From NCBI RefSeq assembly GCF_017348835.2, contig NZ_CP071375.1: a DNA stretch of 64,000 bases, one strand, 5' to 3'. This document shows positions 47,772 through 56,815 of the stretch, piece after piece. The position numbers and the translations under genes are program-made. The stretch comes from Escherichia coli. GTDB taxonomy: Bacteria; Pseudomonadota; Gammaproteobacteria; Enterobacterales; Enterobacteriaceae. The notes under the pieces are model-generated. The model made no database searches and had not been told where the DNA came from. It saw only the letters and a list, made by a program, of their open reading frames with translations. The stretch's first letter is position 1. Every line of letters begins with the position of its first letter.

Positions 47772-47818
47772 CATGTCCTTGCAATAGTTTCAGTATGGTA
47801 TTAGCATTGATGCGTTAG
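46736..47818 (+). CDS. IS481-family DDE (rve) transposase, 360 aa; last ~15 codons are read from the target duplication and flanking DNA
   Basis: 360-aa ORF with N-terminal HTH region and integrase core (ITDNGKEF, YTPKMNAICERFNRTL); stop codon lies 47 bp beyond the inferred right end. Confidence 0.8.
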   Translation: MQMQHLMVGYPKYYQTADYALRLSVMADIATMRMKALHFWDKHGISAASEAFGVSCRTLYWWRQLLNKEGPEGLIPHSKAPLVRRKKHWHPDVLKEIRRLRTELPNLGKEQIFVRLKPWCEQRYLACPSVSTIGRMIAAAHDKMRMIPVRLGSRGKALLVKKRSAKPRRPKHYRPVKTGELIGMDAIELRMGELRRYVITMIDECSNYALALAVPSLNSDIVNHFFSRAARLFPVGISQIITDNGKEFLGNFDKTLQEAAIKHLWTYPYTPKMNAICERFNRTLREQFIEFNEILLFEDLALFNQKLAEYLVLYNSKRPHKALALMTPVEYILKENKNCNMWWTHTCPCNSFSMVLALMR

Positions 47819-47897
47819 ATGATGGCATTCTCACTCCAGCCAGAGCCACCAACTCTGGGCTGCAAAGTAAAAAACCGACGCAAAGTCGGTTTTTTTA
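47815..47897 (+). ncRNA. agrA: agrA-like small antisense RNA of the dinQ locus (approximate ends)
   Basis: TTGCAA-N17-TAGCAT promoter-like pair, CTCACTCCAGCCAGAGCC segment matching the dinQ leader, terminator hairpin ACCGACGCAAAGTCGGT plus T7. Confidence 0.5.
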
Positions 47898-48044
47898 CAT
47901 CCGGATTCGGACAAGGCTTAATATGACGATGACCCAGTGAAAGTATATAAATCGTCACTGCGATATATACCGAAGTGCCCCCTCCGCCAGCTGAAGAAAT
48001 CGCTAATTCTTGCAATGTTAGCCACTGGCTAATAGTATTGAGCT

Positions 48045-48127
48045 GTTAGATAAGAGCTCTCTCACTCCAGCCAGAGCCACCAACTCAGGGCTGGAAAGTA
48101 AAAAACCGACGCAAAGTCGGTTTTTTT
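48045..48127 (+). ncRNA. agrB: agrB-like small antisense RNA, second copy (approximate ends)
   Basis: Near-identical second copy with TTGCAA-N17-TAGTAT promoter-like pair and the same terminator. Confidence 0.5.
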
Positions 48128-48159
48128 ACGTCCTGATTCAGACCTCCTTTCAAATGAAT

Positions 48160-48240
48160 AGCCAACTCAAAATTCACACCTATTACCTTCCTCTGCACCT
48201 ACGCATTCGTTAAACCATATATGTTTTTGACTTATCCGCT
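48160..48240 (+). promoter_or_regulatory. Probable ars operon promoter/operator remnant, now directly upstream of a short arsB tail and arsC
   Basis: Sequence with TTGACT at 48227-48232 where arsR would be expected; no arsR or arsB ORF follows; identity with the K-12 ars promoter is from memory and unverified. Confidence 0.3.
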
Positions 48241-48241
48241 T

Positions 48242-48292
48242 TGGTTTGTAACGCTGGCTGCGCTGGCGCTACGTCTCTCTTTCACTTTGTAA
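48242..48292 (+). pseudogene. Possible 3'-terminal remnant of arsB (16 codons, WFVTLAALALRLSFTL*)
   Basis: Short hydrophobic frame ending 12 bp before arsC ATG, the position where arsB normally ends; no upstream arsB body. Confidence 0.3.
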
Positions 48293-48304
48293 TGAGATAC
48301 TGAT

Positions 48305-48730
48305 ATGAGCAACATTACCATTTATCACAACCCAGCCTGCGGCACATCGCGTAATACGCTGGAGATGATCCGCAACAGCGGTACAGAACCGACCATTATC
48401 CATTATCTGGAAACACCACCAACGCGCGATGAACTGGTAAAACTCATTGCCGATATGGGGATTACCGTACGCGCGCTGCTGCGTAAAAACGTCGAGCCGT
48501 ATGAGGAACTGGGCCTTGCGGAAGATAAATTTACTGACGAGCGGTTAATCGACTTTATGCTTCAGCACCCGATTCTGATTAACCGTCCGATTGTGGTGAC
48601 GCCGCTGGGAACTCGCCTATGCCGCCCCTCGGAAGTGGTGCTGGAAATTCTGCCAGATGCGCAAAAAGGCGCGTTCTCCAAGGAAGATGGCGAGAAAGTG
48701 GTTGATGAAGCGGGTAAGCGGTTGAAATAA
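48305..48730 (+). CDS. arsC: Arsenate reductase ArsC (glutaredoxin-dependent), 141 aa
   Basis: 141-aa ORF MSNITIYHNPACGTSRNTLEMIRNSG with catalytic Cys12. Confidence 0.95.
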   Translation: MSNITIYHNPACGTSRNTLEMIRNSGTEPTIIHYLETPPTRDELVKLIADMGITVRALLRKNVEPYEELGLAEDKFTDERLIDFMLQHPILINRPIVVTPLGTRLCRPSEVVLEILPDAQKGAFSKEDGEKVVDEAGKRLK

Positions 48731-48779
48731 AGCGGCTATATCCCCCCCACAGGTTGTTAGAAAAGTGCGCTTTATTTAT

Positions 48780-48879
48780 GTCGGATGCGACGCTGGCGCG
48801 TCTTATCCGACCTACAAGGTTATGAAAATTCGATGAATTGTATGTTATTTGTAGGCCTGACAGGCGTAGCGCATCAGGC
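48780..48879. repeat. Pair of REP elements downstream of arsC
   Basis: GTCGGATGCGACGCTGGCGCGTCTTATCCGACCTAC and GTAGGCCTGACAGGCGTAGCGCATCAGGC. Confidence 0.7.
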
Positions 48880-49356
48880 GATTTTGCTATTTACACATTA
48901 CTCCCTGCGTGAGATTCCAATTATCGCGTCCAGCATGGTGTATCAGTGATCTGCTTAGTGATCAGCGATACAGTGCAGCAGTTTAAAGACGTACTGGATT
49001 ATGATTTATCAGTGCTTTACACAACAAATTATTCAATAATTATAAGATACCTTAACCCATTTTATTATTACACATCTAAAACATCACAAAAATATCATTT
49101 CACACACTATCGGAGAACATCATAACTTTTTAAAATGAGCGCTTTTTGATAGTTGTTAACGTTTTCTTTTACGATACTATCAATGCCCTTTTTTATACAC
49201 AAATATTACCGGGTGGAGATAAAAGGGAAGTCAAAGGTAATTATATCAGGAAGATATGACGCATGATATTTATTGTGCGTAGAAGAAAATCCATTCCTGC
49301 TCTAATTATCCAATTTAAAAATCTTAGCATAAAACAGATAATGAATAAGGAATGTT

Positions 49357-50472
49357 ATGTCAATTGACTTTACCCCAGGTGTGATAAATACATATCACGG
49401 CGATATTTATAACCGCACAACAGATACCGACAATGTTAAAACACCAGACACACCGATGTGGCCTTGTGATAATCGGGAAGAACAACAACCCATTAATTCC
49501 ACATTCTCTGGAGAAGGATACAACCCTGAACAATATGATTTAGCGCGGCAACACCTCCCACAAATTTATGCGTGCCGCACGAACACCAAATATACAGATG
49601 CAGACTACTCAAAAGTTGTGGCTCAACTTGTAAGTCTTATTACTAACATTGAATCGATAAGTTCGACACCACTTACGCGGCAGGCACAGGAAATACTTAA
49701 TCAAATTAATAACATTAGATACGAAAAGAACAAAAGTGCTGAATGTCGAATCATTGTTGTCGCTAATCCTAAACCCGACAAGGCAATCATAACTAAAATT
49801 AGCGTAGAAGAGGGAATACCAGTAAGATTCAGTGTCCAAACCATGTTTTCAGATACTAATTTTATTGCTGAACAACGAGCTGACTTACCGACTAATATAA
49901 AAGATATTCAAATCCTGTATCAAAAAATGACGAAGTTATATATTGAACACAGTGAAAATAAAAACAGGATGAAAGTCTTTGCCGGAACCAACTTTATTGA
50001 TTTCAATATGACAGGACAGAACCTGTCCGGGTTCGTTCTAACTTTGTCAAGGTTTTATTTCGAAGATCTACTTAATATAAATTTCACTGACGCAAATTTA
50101 GGTGACACTATTTTTTCACATAAAGAACACCCTACCCCCAAATTATATAAAGACGAACAATATCTTGACAAACAAATCGAAGGTTTATTTTCAACATTAT
50201 TAACCATTAATGACAACTTTTTACGAGCAAAAGCGGAAATTGCTTCGACAATAATTAAATTCTTAGAGGCCAGGATAACCAATCTTTCATACAATGACAT
50301 ATTAAAATATCAGCAAGAATTCCAAAAACAATGTTATAAGCAAGTTAAAGCCTTTACGACACTCTCCCGATACAATAAAATTCAAACATGGGCAGAAATG
50401 TCTGAATATCAATTCGAAGTATTTCAATACGAGACGCTTAACCCAAAAAAATGTCACGTACGCCTTATTTAA
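49357..50472 (+). CDS. yhiS: YhiS-like uncharacterised protein, 371 aa, intact; AT-rich gene
   Basis: 371-aa ORF at the arsC-slp position; Asn/Ile/Lys-rich, a few pentapeptide-repeat-like segments ([11 protein letters not shown]). Confidence 0.6.
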   Translation: MSIDFTPGVINTYHGDIYNRTTDTDNVKTPDTPMWPCDNREEQQPINSTFSGEGYNPEQYDLARQHLPQIYACRTNTKYTDADYSKVVAQLVSLITNIESISSTPLTRQAQEILNQINNIRYEKNKSAECRIIVVANPKPDKAIITKISVEEGIPVRFSVQTMFSDTNFIAEQRADLPTNIKDIQILYQKMTKLYIEHSENKNRMKVFAGTNFIDFNMTGQNLSGFVLTLSRFYFEDLLNINFTDANLGDTIFSHKEHPTPKLYKDEQYLDKQIEGLFSTLLTINDNFLRAKAEIASTIIKFLEARITNLSYNDILKYQQEFQKQCYKQVKAFTTLSRYNKIQTWAEMSEYQFEVFQYETLNPKKCHVRLI

Positions 50473-50826
50473 AGAGGCCACTTCCTAATGAAAAAGATAT
50501 ATATTATGGGGTGGAAATAGAAATACCATCTGGCAAAAGAATTCGCTTATCAAATCATTATCAGAATATAATACCATAATATTGATTATTAGCACTTTAT
50601 AATTATTGAATAAAAATATATTTTATGTAATTTTAAAACAAAGGATTATATTATGGGGCGATGGATACTCATGTCACGCCCCAAAATCAATGGAATTGAA
50701 CTAAACAGAAGGGATATAAACATCAGACAGGTTTACGTTACTATCAGGCATATCGCCTCAGAATCAGATGAAAACTATAAAGAAATATCTATTATGGTTT
50801 TAATATTTGTTGATAAGGATAGTAAC

Positions 50827-51393
50827 ATGAACATGACAAAAGGTGCACTCATCCTCAGCCTTTCATTTTTGCTTGCCGCATGTAGTTCAATTCCGCAAAA
50901 TATCAAAGGCAATAACCAACCTGATATTCAAAAAAGTTTTGTTGCTGTTCATAACCAGCCGGGGTTATATGTTGGTCAACAAGCGCGCTTTGGCGGGAAG
51001 GTTATCAACGTTATCAATGGCAAAACGGATACGTTGTTAGAAATCGCTGTATTACCGTTGGATAGCTATGCGAAACCTGATATTGAAGCCAACTATCAGG
51101 GCCGACTGCTCGCCAGACAAAGCGGCTTCCTTGATCCAGTGAACTATCGTAATCACTTTGTTACCATCCTCGGTACCATTCAGGGTGAACAACCCGGCTT
51201 TATCAATAAAGTCCCGTATAACTTCCTGGAAGTGAATATGCAGGGCATCCAGGTGTGGCATTTGAGAGAAGTGGTTAATACCACCTATAACCTGTGGGAT
51301 TACGGCTATGGTGCATTCTGGCCGGAACCGGGCTGGGGTGCGCCTTACTACACCAATGCGGTGAGTCAGGTAACACCTGAGCTGGTCAAATAA
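50827..51393 (+). CDS. slp: Starvation-inducible outer membrane lipoprotein Slp, 188 aa
   Basis: ORF track 50653..51393 trimmed to MNMTKGALILSLSFLLAACSS (lipobox). Confidence 0.9.
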   Translation: MNMTKGALILSLSFLLAACSSIPQNIKGNNQPDIQKSFVAVHNQPGLYVGQQARFGGKVINVINGKTDTLLEIAVLPLDSYAKPDIEANYQGRLLARQSGFLDPVNYRNHFVTILGTIQGEQPGFINKVPYNFLEVNMQGIQVWHLREVVNTTYNLWDYGYGAFWPEPGWGAPYYTNAVSQVTPELVK

Positions 51394-51548
51394 CACCACC
51401 GAAAGATGCAGATGCTTTCTCAGCATCTGCATCGTGCATTACATCAAATTAATACACAGCAAGCTAACTATTATTACTATAAGCCCTGTCCTGTTAATTA
51501 CCTTTGGCAAACTGATTATAAAGTTAATGTCCGCACCAGGAGTCGGTT

Positions 51549-52079
51549 ATGTTTCTTATAATTACCAGGGATACGATGTTCTTCACCGCGATGAAAAACA
51601 TTCTGAGTAAAGGTAATGTCGTTCATATACAGAACGAAGAAGAGATCGACGTAATGTTGCATCAGAATGCCTTCGTCATTATTGATACATTAATGAATAA
51701 TGTATTTCATTCTAATTTTCTCACTCAAATTGAACGATTAAAACCTGTCCATGTCATTATTTTCTCCCCCTTTAATATTAAACGCTGCCTGGGGAAAGTG
51801 CCGGTGACCTTTGTTCCGCGGACTATCACTATCATTGATTTTGTCGCACTCATCAATGGCAGTTACTGCTCTGTGCCTGAAGCGAATGTGTCACTTTCGC
51901 GCAAGCAACATCAGGTTCTGAGCTGCATTGCGAATCAAATGACAACGGAAGATATTCTGGAGAAACTGAAAATATCGCTAAAAACGTTCTACTGCCATAA
52001 ACACAATATCATGATGATCCTCAATCTTAAGCGGATCAATGAGCTGGTACGCCATCAGCATATTGATTATCTGGTATGA
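51549..52079 (+). CDS. dctR: LuxR-family regulator DctR (YhiF), 176 aa
   Basis: 176-aa ORF with C-terminal LuxR-type HTH; follows slp. Confidence 0.9.
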   Translation: MFLIITRDTMFFTAMKNILSKGNVVHIQNEEEIDVMLHQNAFVIIDTLMNNVFHSNFLTQIERLKPVHVIIFSPFNIKRCLGKVPVTFVPRTITIIDFVALINGSYCSVPEANVSLSRKQHQVLSCIANQMTTEDILEKLKISLKTFYCHKHNIMMILNLKRINELVRHQHIDYLV

Positions 52080-52139
52080 ACGATTGATCAATATAAAGAG
52101 GCCCAGCAATAAATAGCCAGACCTCCCGTTAATTATACG

Positions 52140-53168
52140 TTATGCAGCAACGCCTTCCGGTATCAGCGAAGCAATTTGCTTACGCCATTGCGCTTGCTCC
52201 TGTTCGCCTTCTGTACGTTGACCATAAAGTTGCGCTATCTGCGTACCATCATGGGCAAACAATTCCAGACTGGTTACGTAGCCATCGCTGGTCGGTTTAC
52301 GGGTAACCCAGGCTTCAGCAATGCTCTCTTCTAATAGATGAAGAGTAAACGTCGGGTTGAAAATATTCAGCCAACCTTTCATTGGCACCACTTTTTCTAC
52401 CACACCGGTGAAAATCTGTACGCAGCCACGGTTGCCAACAAACACCATGATTTCATTACCATCCTGCTGTGCAGATTCAAGAATTTGCGCCAACGCACTG
52501 TTGGATACTTTGCAGGCCAAATCGTCCGCCACCAGATTGAACGCCTGTTGGCGCGTCAGGTTGTGGCGCTTGAGCAACGTAAAAAACTGATGAACGTCGG
52601 TCATCGCCCGCCACTCTTGCTCGACCACACTGGCATCGACTCGCGTTTGAACAACTGGCGCATCAACGGCTTTTAACTCAAGCGGCGTATTCTCATCGGT
52701 GATAAACCGTGCCAGAAGCTCACTCCATGCCGCCATATCGGTATTGTCGGTGGCATAAACTTTTAGTAATGCATCGCCCTGATGATCAAAGAACTGAATA
52801 CTTTGGCGTTCGCCACGAGCCGTGTTTTCTTTGATGTGGAAAACACTGGCCCATTGATTGAGAAACAGACGTAAATCCAGCGCGCGTGGATTGAGGATCA
52901 ATCCGGCATGTCCGTTCAAATGCTGGTTTGTGAACGCACCAACTTGCTCATGGACTGCATATTCATTACGGCAAATACATTTGGTCTCGCCAACACTTTC
53001 GAGCGCCGCCAGAATTTCACGGATATCGCCGCGCATCCGCCACGCATCGTGCGTGACGCGTGCAAATGCCAGTTCTGCTTCTCTAATATTCATTAACCCT
53101 GCGATGTCACGCGCGTACTTTCCGGGATTTTGTTCTTTTAACTCAAGCCAGCGTGTGTAGTGGTTCAT
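52140..53168 (-). CDS. chuS: Haem-degrading protein ChuS (HemS/ShuS family), 342 aa
   Basis: 342-aa ORF MNHYTRWLELKEQNPGKYARDIAGLMNIREAELAF; adjacent to chuA. Confidence 0.9.
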   Translation of the reverse strand: MNHYTRWLELKEQNPGKYARDIAGLMNIREAELAFARVTHDAWRMRGDIREILAALESVGETKCICRNEYAVHEQVGAFTNQHLNGHAGLILNPRALDLRLFLNQWASVFHIKENTARGERQSIQFFDHQGDALLKVYATDNTDMAAWSELLARFITDENTPLELKAVDAPVVQTRVDASVVEQEWRAMTDVHQFFTLLKRHNLTRQQAFNLVADDLACKVSNSALAQILESAQQDGNEIMVFVGNRGCVQIFTGVVEKVVPMKGWLNIFNPTFTLHLLEESIAEAWVTRKPTSDGYVTSLELFAHDGTQIAQLYGQRTEGEQEQAQWRKQIASLIPEGVAA

Positions 53169-53216
53169 TGTCTCTCTTCCTTCCAGATAAATGCCCCTAA
53201 ATATCGGGGCAGATGA

Positions 53217-55199
53217 TTACCATTGATAACTCACGAAAATTTTTCCGTTACGACCATCCTGTGGGATGCCTTGCGGCGACCAGTACTCTTTGTCGAAAGC
53301 GTTACCCAACACCAAAGTAGTGGTCATACCTTTGAGCGCCTGTTGTCCTTGATAACTGACGTAGAAATCATTCACGCCATAGCCTGGTTGTTTGCTGTAA
53401 CTGCTGCTGATATGTGTTGAGCGATCGGCAAACGTACCAACCCACCCAACAGAGAAGCCACTGTGAGCGATCGGAATATTCAGGGTGCTGGTAACGGTAT
53501 CCGGGTTAATGCTGGAGATGTATTCGCCGGTATCGGTGTCTTTGCCGCGGGTACGGTTATAGGCCACATCAAGGCTAAACAGATCAGTGGTATATTTCGT
53601 CATCACATCCCAGCCCCAGATTTTGGCGTTCGGGACGTTATACGACATAGTCGTCGCCGCCGCGAAATCGACGGTCGTGGAGATGTAATCCTTCGCTTTG
53701 GTATCAAAGTAGCTGGCTTTAAATTCCAGAGCATCATTGGACAACATCAGGTCATCAAAACGCAGCCCAAAACCGTACTCCTGAGTTTCGTTAGTTTCCG
53801 GACGTAAGTTCGGGTTTGACACCCAATAGTTGGTATAGAAGCGACCAATCGAGAAGTGCTTAGAATCGTTATACATTTCGCCCATCGTCGGGGCGCGGAA
53901 TGCCTGGGCATATGAGCCAAATAACATCAGCCAGTTAGTCGGATTGATAGTCATCCCCGCACGAGATGACCATTTGTCGGCATCAACATCTTTGTAACCG
54001 TCACTGCTACCGCGATAACTGTCATAGCGGGTTCCGCCAAGCAGGGTAATCGGCAGATCGCGTAAGGTGATCTCATCCTGTAGCCAGCCGGAGCTAAAAT
54101 CGATTTTTGCTTGCGGGAAGCCCGTCGTCGCGCCGCCCGGATGTTGTTCCTGACGATAATACTCACCGCCATATGTCAGTAAGTGAGAAGCGAAACTGTC
54201 GGCAAAGAGAGTGGAACGGTTCTCCAGCCTGGCTCCTTTTGTTATCTGTTCACGATACTCGCCGGAACTCCCCGTGTTTTGCGCATTAATACGGACTTCC
54301 GACCAATAAATTTTTGCATCTGCATTTAACCAGTCGTTGCCCTGCGGGGCGAGTTTATAAGAAAGCTGCGCATCGCGTTGAATTGTTGAACGATCAACCA
54401 TCGGGTTGCTGCTTTCAGAAGCCTCAACGGTCTGCGGATTTTTTGGTTCACGCGCGTCGTTGTTGTAGTAACGCACTAAACCGCTCAGAGACTGGGCTGA
54501 ATCAATTTGCCAGGTCCCTTTCGCCAGCATGTTATTAATGGACTCGTCATTCGGCGCGGTTTCACCATTGCTCTGGCGTAAATCACCCCGATCGCGACTG
54601 GACCAGGCCACAATACCATCCAGATTTTCAGTTCGCCCAAACGCGCTCGCGCCTAATCCCAGGCTATGGTCCCCCGTGCCGCCAGTACCAAAGACACGAA
54701 AACCACTGCTTTGTCCTTCCTGCAATAAATCTTTTGCATCGACCGTATCGTAGGAGATCACTCCACCCAGCGCGCCACTGCCATACAGTAATGCTGAAGG
54801 TCCGCGAACAATCTCAACACGCTTGATCAGCGCCGGATCGAGAAAAGTGCCATTCAGGTGTCCGGTATCCGTTCCCTGGCGAACACCATCGATAAGAACC
54901 AGCACGCCGCGATGATCATAGCCACGCATATTTACATCCTGACCGTTGGTTCGTCCGGTACCATCCAGAGTAATTCCAGGAACATGACGCAGCAGATCGG
55001 TGGCTGAAGTAGCCGTTTGATTTTCAGGAGCGGAAGTGTCGATGACGCTGACCATCATAGGCGCTTCGAAGGAACTACGGGCATTCCCCGTTGCCGTAAC
55101 GGTCATGGTTTCAGTAGCAAAAGCAAACGTTGGCAAGGTGGCAGAAACAGCCAAGGCCAATAAACTCAAACGCAACGAGGTAAATTGCGGACGTGACAT
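53217..55199 (-). CDS. chuA: TonB-dependent outer membrane haem receptor ChuA, 660 aa
   Basis: 660-aa ORF with signal peptide, TonB-box region ETMTVTA, FRAP and NPNL haem-receptor motifs, C-terminal aromatic residue. Confidence 0.95.
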   Translation of the reverse strand: MSRPQFTSLRLSLLALAVSATLPTFAFATETMTVTATGNARSSFEAPMMVSVIDTSAPENQTATSATDLLRHVPGITLDGTGRTNGQDVNMRGYDHRGVLVLIDGVRQGTDTGHLNGTFLDPALIKRVEIVRGPSALLYGSGALGGVISYDTVDAKDLLQEGQSSGFRVFGTGGTGDHSLGLGASAFGRTENLDGIVAWSSRDRGDLRQSNGETAPNDESINNMLAKGTWQIDSAQSLSGLVRYYNNDAREPKNPQTVEASESSNPMVDRSTIQRDAQLSYKLAPQGNDWLNADAKIYWSEVRINAQNTGSSGEYREQITKGARLENRSTLFADSFASHLLTYGGEYYRQEQHPGGATTGFPQAKIDFSSGWLQDEITLRDLPITLLGGTRYDSYRGSSDGYKDVDADKWSSRAGMTINPTNWLMLFGSYAQAFRAPTMGEMYNDSKHFSIGRFYTNYWVSNPNLRPETNETQEYGFGLRFDDLMLSNDALEFKASYFDTKAKDYISTTVDFAAATTMSYNVPNAKIWGWDVMTKYTTDLFSLDVAYNRTRGKDTDTGEYISSINPDTVTSTLNIPIAHSGFSVGWVGTFADRSTHISSSYSKQPGYGVNDFYVSYQGQQALKGMTTTLVLGNAFDKEYWSPQGIPQDGRNGKIFVSYQW

Positions 55200-55260
55200 A
55201 GCGATTCTCCATGAGGAAAATAAAAAATGCTGGCTGCCTGGGTTAATACCGGGGTGGCTG
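55200..55260 (-). promoter_or_regulatory. chuA 5' leader containing a FourU-type element next to the Shine-Dalgarno (candidate RNA thermometer)
   Basis: Minus strand reads CATTTTTTATTTTCCTCATGGAGAATCGC-ATG: U-run upstream of GGAGA SD; a temperature-sensing leader is remembered for shuA/chuA. Confidence 0.4.
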
Positions 55261-55488
55261 GCGAAAAATAAATTTATTTAAAATTCAGAGCGATAATATT
55301 CGCCGGGTGAGTTTACAGGCGTTTATATCCCATGAAATTGCCTGATAACTCGGCAATTACGCAAAAGCACGCCCTCTTTGTCAGGCAAAACGATATGCCC
55401 CATCAGGAGTGAAGAGAGCTGTGCGTTATCCCTTGCAAATGCTATGGTTTTGTTATCCATATGGTCGTGTTTTGTTAAATGCAAACGT

Positions 55489-55507
55489 GATAATGAGAAT
55501 TATTATC
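55489..55507. promoter_or_regulatory. Fur box in the chuA-chuT divergent region
   Basis: GATAATGAGAATTATTATC, 17/19 match to GATAATGATAATCATTATC. Confidence 0.7.
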
Positions 55508-55836
55508 GATCAATTTTTTATGATCAAGTTTTTTTTTAACCACCATTAACACAATAAACAGGGGGTTATGAAACCTATCCTGCGCCCTGTAAACCACCTT
55601 GTTTTTATGGTTATCCCCCCATGCCTCATCACTAAATTTTGTCGTTAACAGTGATAATTTTTTCTTCTCTTTGCTCTGCAAGCCTCGATATCTCTGGGTT
55701 CTCAGCTTTTTCCTGCGATGAAATTTAGTCGGTAACAAGAACGTTAGCTGACGAAGCATCTTGATAAAAATCAAAAATAAATACGCTTGTAACGCCTTGC
55801 GTATTGAATCGACGGTTGTATTTCATATATAACTCA

Positions 55837-55855
55837 AATGATAATCATGATCATT
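55837..55855. promoter_or_regulatory. Second Fur box immediately upstream of chuT
   Basis: AATGATAATCATGATCATT contains the TGATAATCAT Fur core; lies inside the N-terminally extended chuT ORF, arguing for the downstream start. Confidence 0.6.
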
Positions 55856-55881
55856 CTCAATTTGATAAGAGTTCTCATATT

Positions 55882-56796
55882 ATGCCAAGGATCATCACCA
55901 GGCCGTTTCTTTTTTCCCCACTGACGTTATGTATTTCAGCCGTGGCCTCTGCCGCGAAGAGCACGGTAAAACGAAAAAAATTGTTTACGGCAGTACTGGC
56001 TCTTAGCTGGGCTTTTAGCGTAACGGCTGCCGAACGTATCGTGGTCGCAGGAGGATCGCTGACGGAGCTAATCTACGCGATGGGCGCTGGCGAACGCGTG
56101 GTTGGTGTCGATGAAACGACATCTTATCCACCAGAAACCGCCAAACTGCCGCATATTGGCTACTGGAAACAACTCAGCAGCGAAGGCATTTTGTCACTTC
56201 GCCCGGATAGCGTAATTACCTGGCAGGATGCTGGACCGCAAATTGTGCTCGACCAACTACGGGCGCAGAAAGTCAACGTCGTTACCCTGCCGCGTGTGCC
56301 TGCCACCCTTGAGCAGATGTACGCCAACATTCGCCAACTGGCAAAAACGTTACAGGTTCCTGAACAAGGGGACGCGCTGGTGATACAGATCAACCAACGC
56401 CTGGAGCGAGTACAGCAAAACGTGGCAGCCAAAAAAGCCCCGGTTAAAGCCATGTTTATTCTCTCCGCAGGCGGAAGTGCGCCACAAGTTGCCGGTAAAG
56501 GCAGCGTCGCGGACGCCATTCTTTCGCTTGCCGGAGCAGAAAACGTCGCTACCCACCAGCAGTACAAAAGCTACAGTGCAGAATCACTGATTGCGGCTAA
56601 CCCTGAAGTGATTGTCATAACCTCACAAATGGTCGATGGCGATATTAATCGGCTACGTTCTATTGCTGGAATTACCCACACTGCCGCATGGAAAAACCAG
56701 CGCATTATCACCGTTGATCAAAACCTGATTCTGGGAATGGGTCCGCGTATTGCTGATGTCGTTGAGTCTTTACACCAGCAGCTTTGGCCGCAATAA
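55882..56796 (+). CDS. chuT: Periplasmic haem-binding protein ChuT; start uncertain (304 aa from 55882, 330 aa from 55804)
   Basis: ORF track 55804..56796; signal peptide-like KKLFTAVLALSWAFSVTAA; Fur box at 55837-55855 favours the ATG at 55882. Confidence 0.8.
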   Translation: MPRIITRPFLFSPLTLCISAVASAAKSTVKRKKLFTAVLALSWAFSVTAAERIVVAGGSLTELIYAMGAGERVVGVDETTSYPPETAKLPHIGYWKQLSSEGILSLRPDSVITWQDAGPQIVLDQLRAQKVNVVTLPRVPATLEQMYANIRQLAKTLQVPEQGDALVIQINQRLERVQQNVAAKKAPVKAMFILSAGGSAPQVAGKGSVADAILSLAGAENVATHQQYKSYSAESLIAANPEVIVITSQMVDGDINRLRSIAGITHTAAWKNQRIITVDQNLILGMGPRIADVVESLHQQLWPQ

Positions 56797-56815
56797 ATGG
56801 ATTTAAATCAGACGA

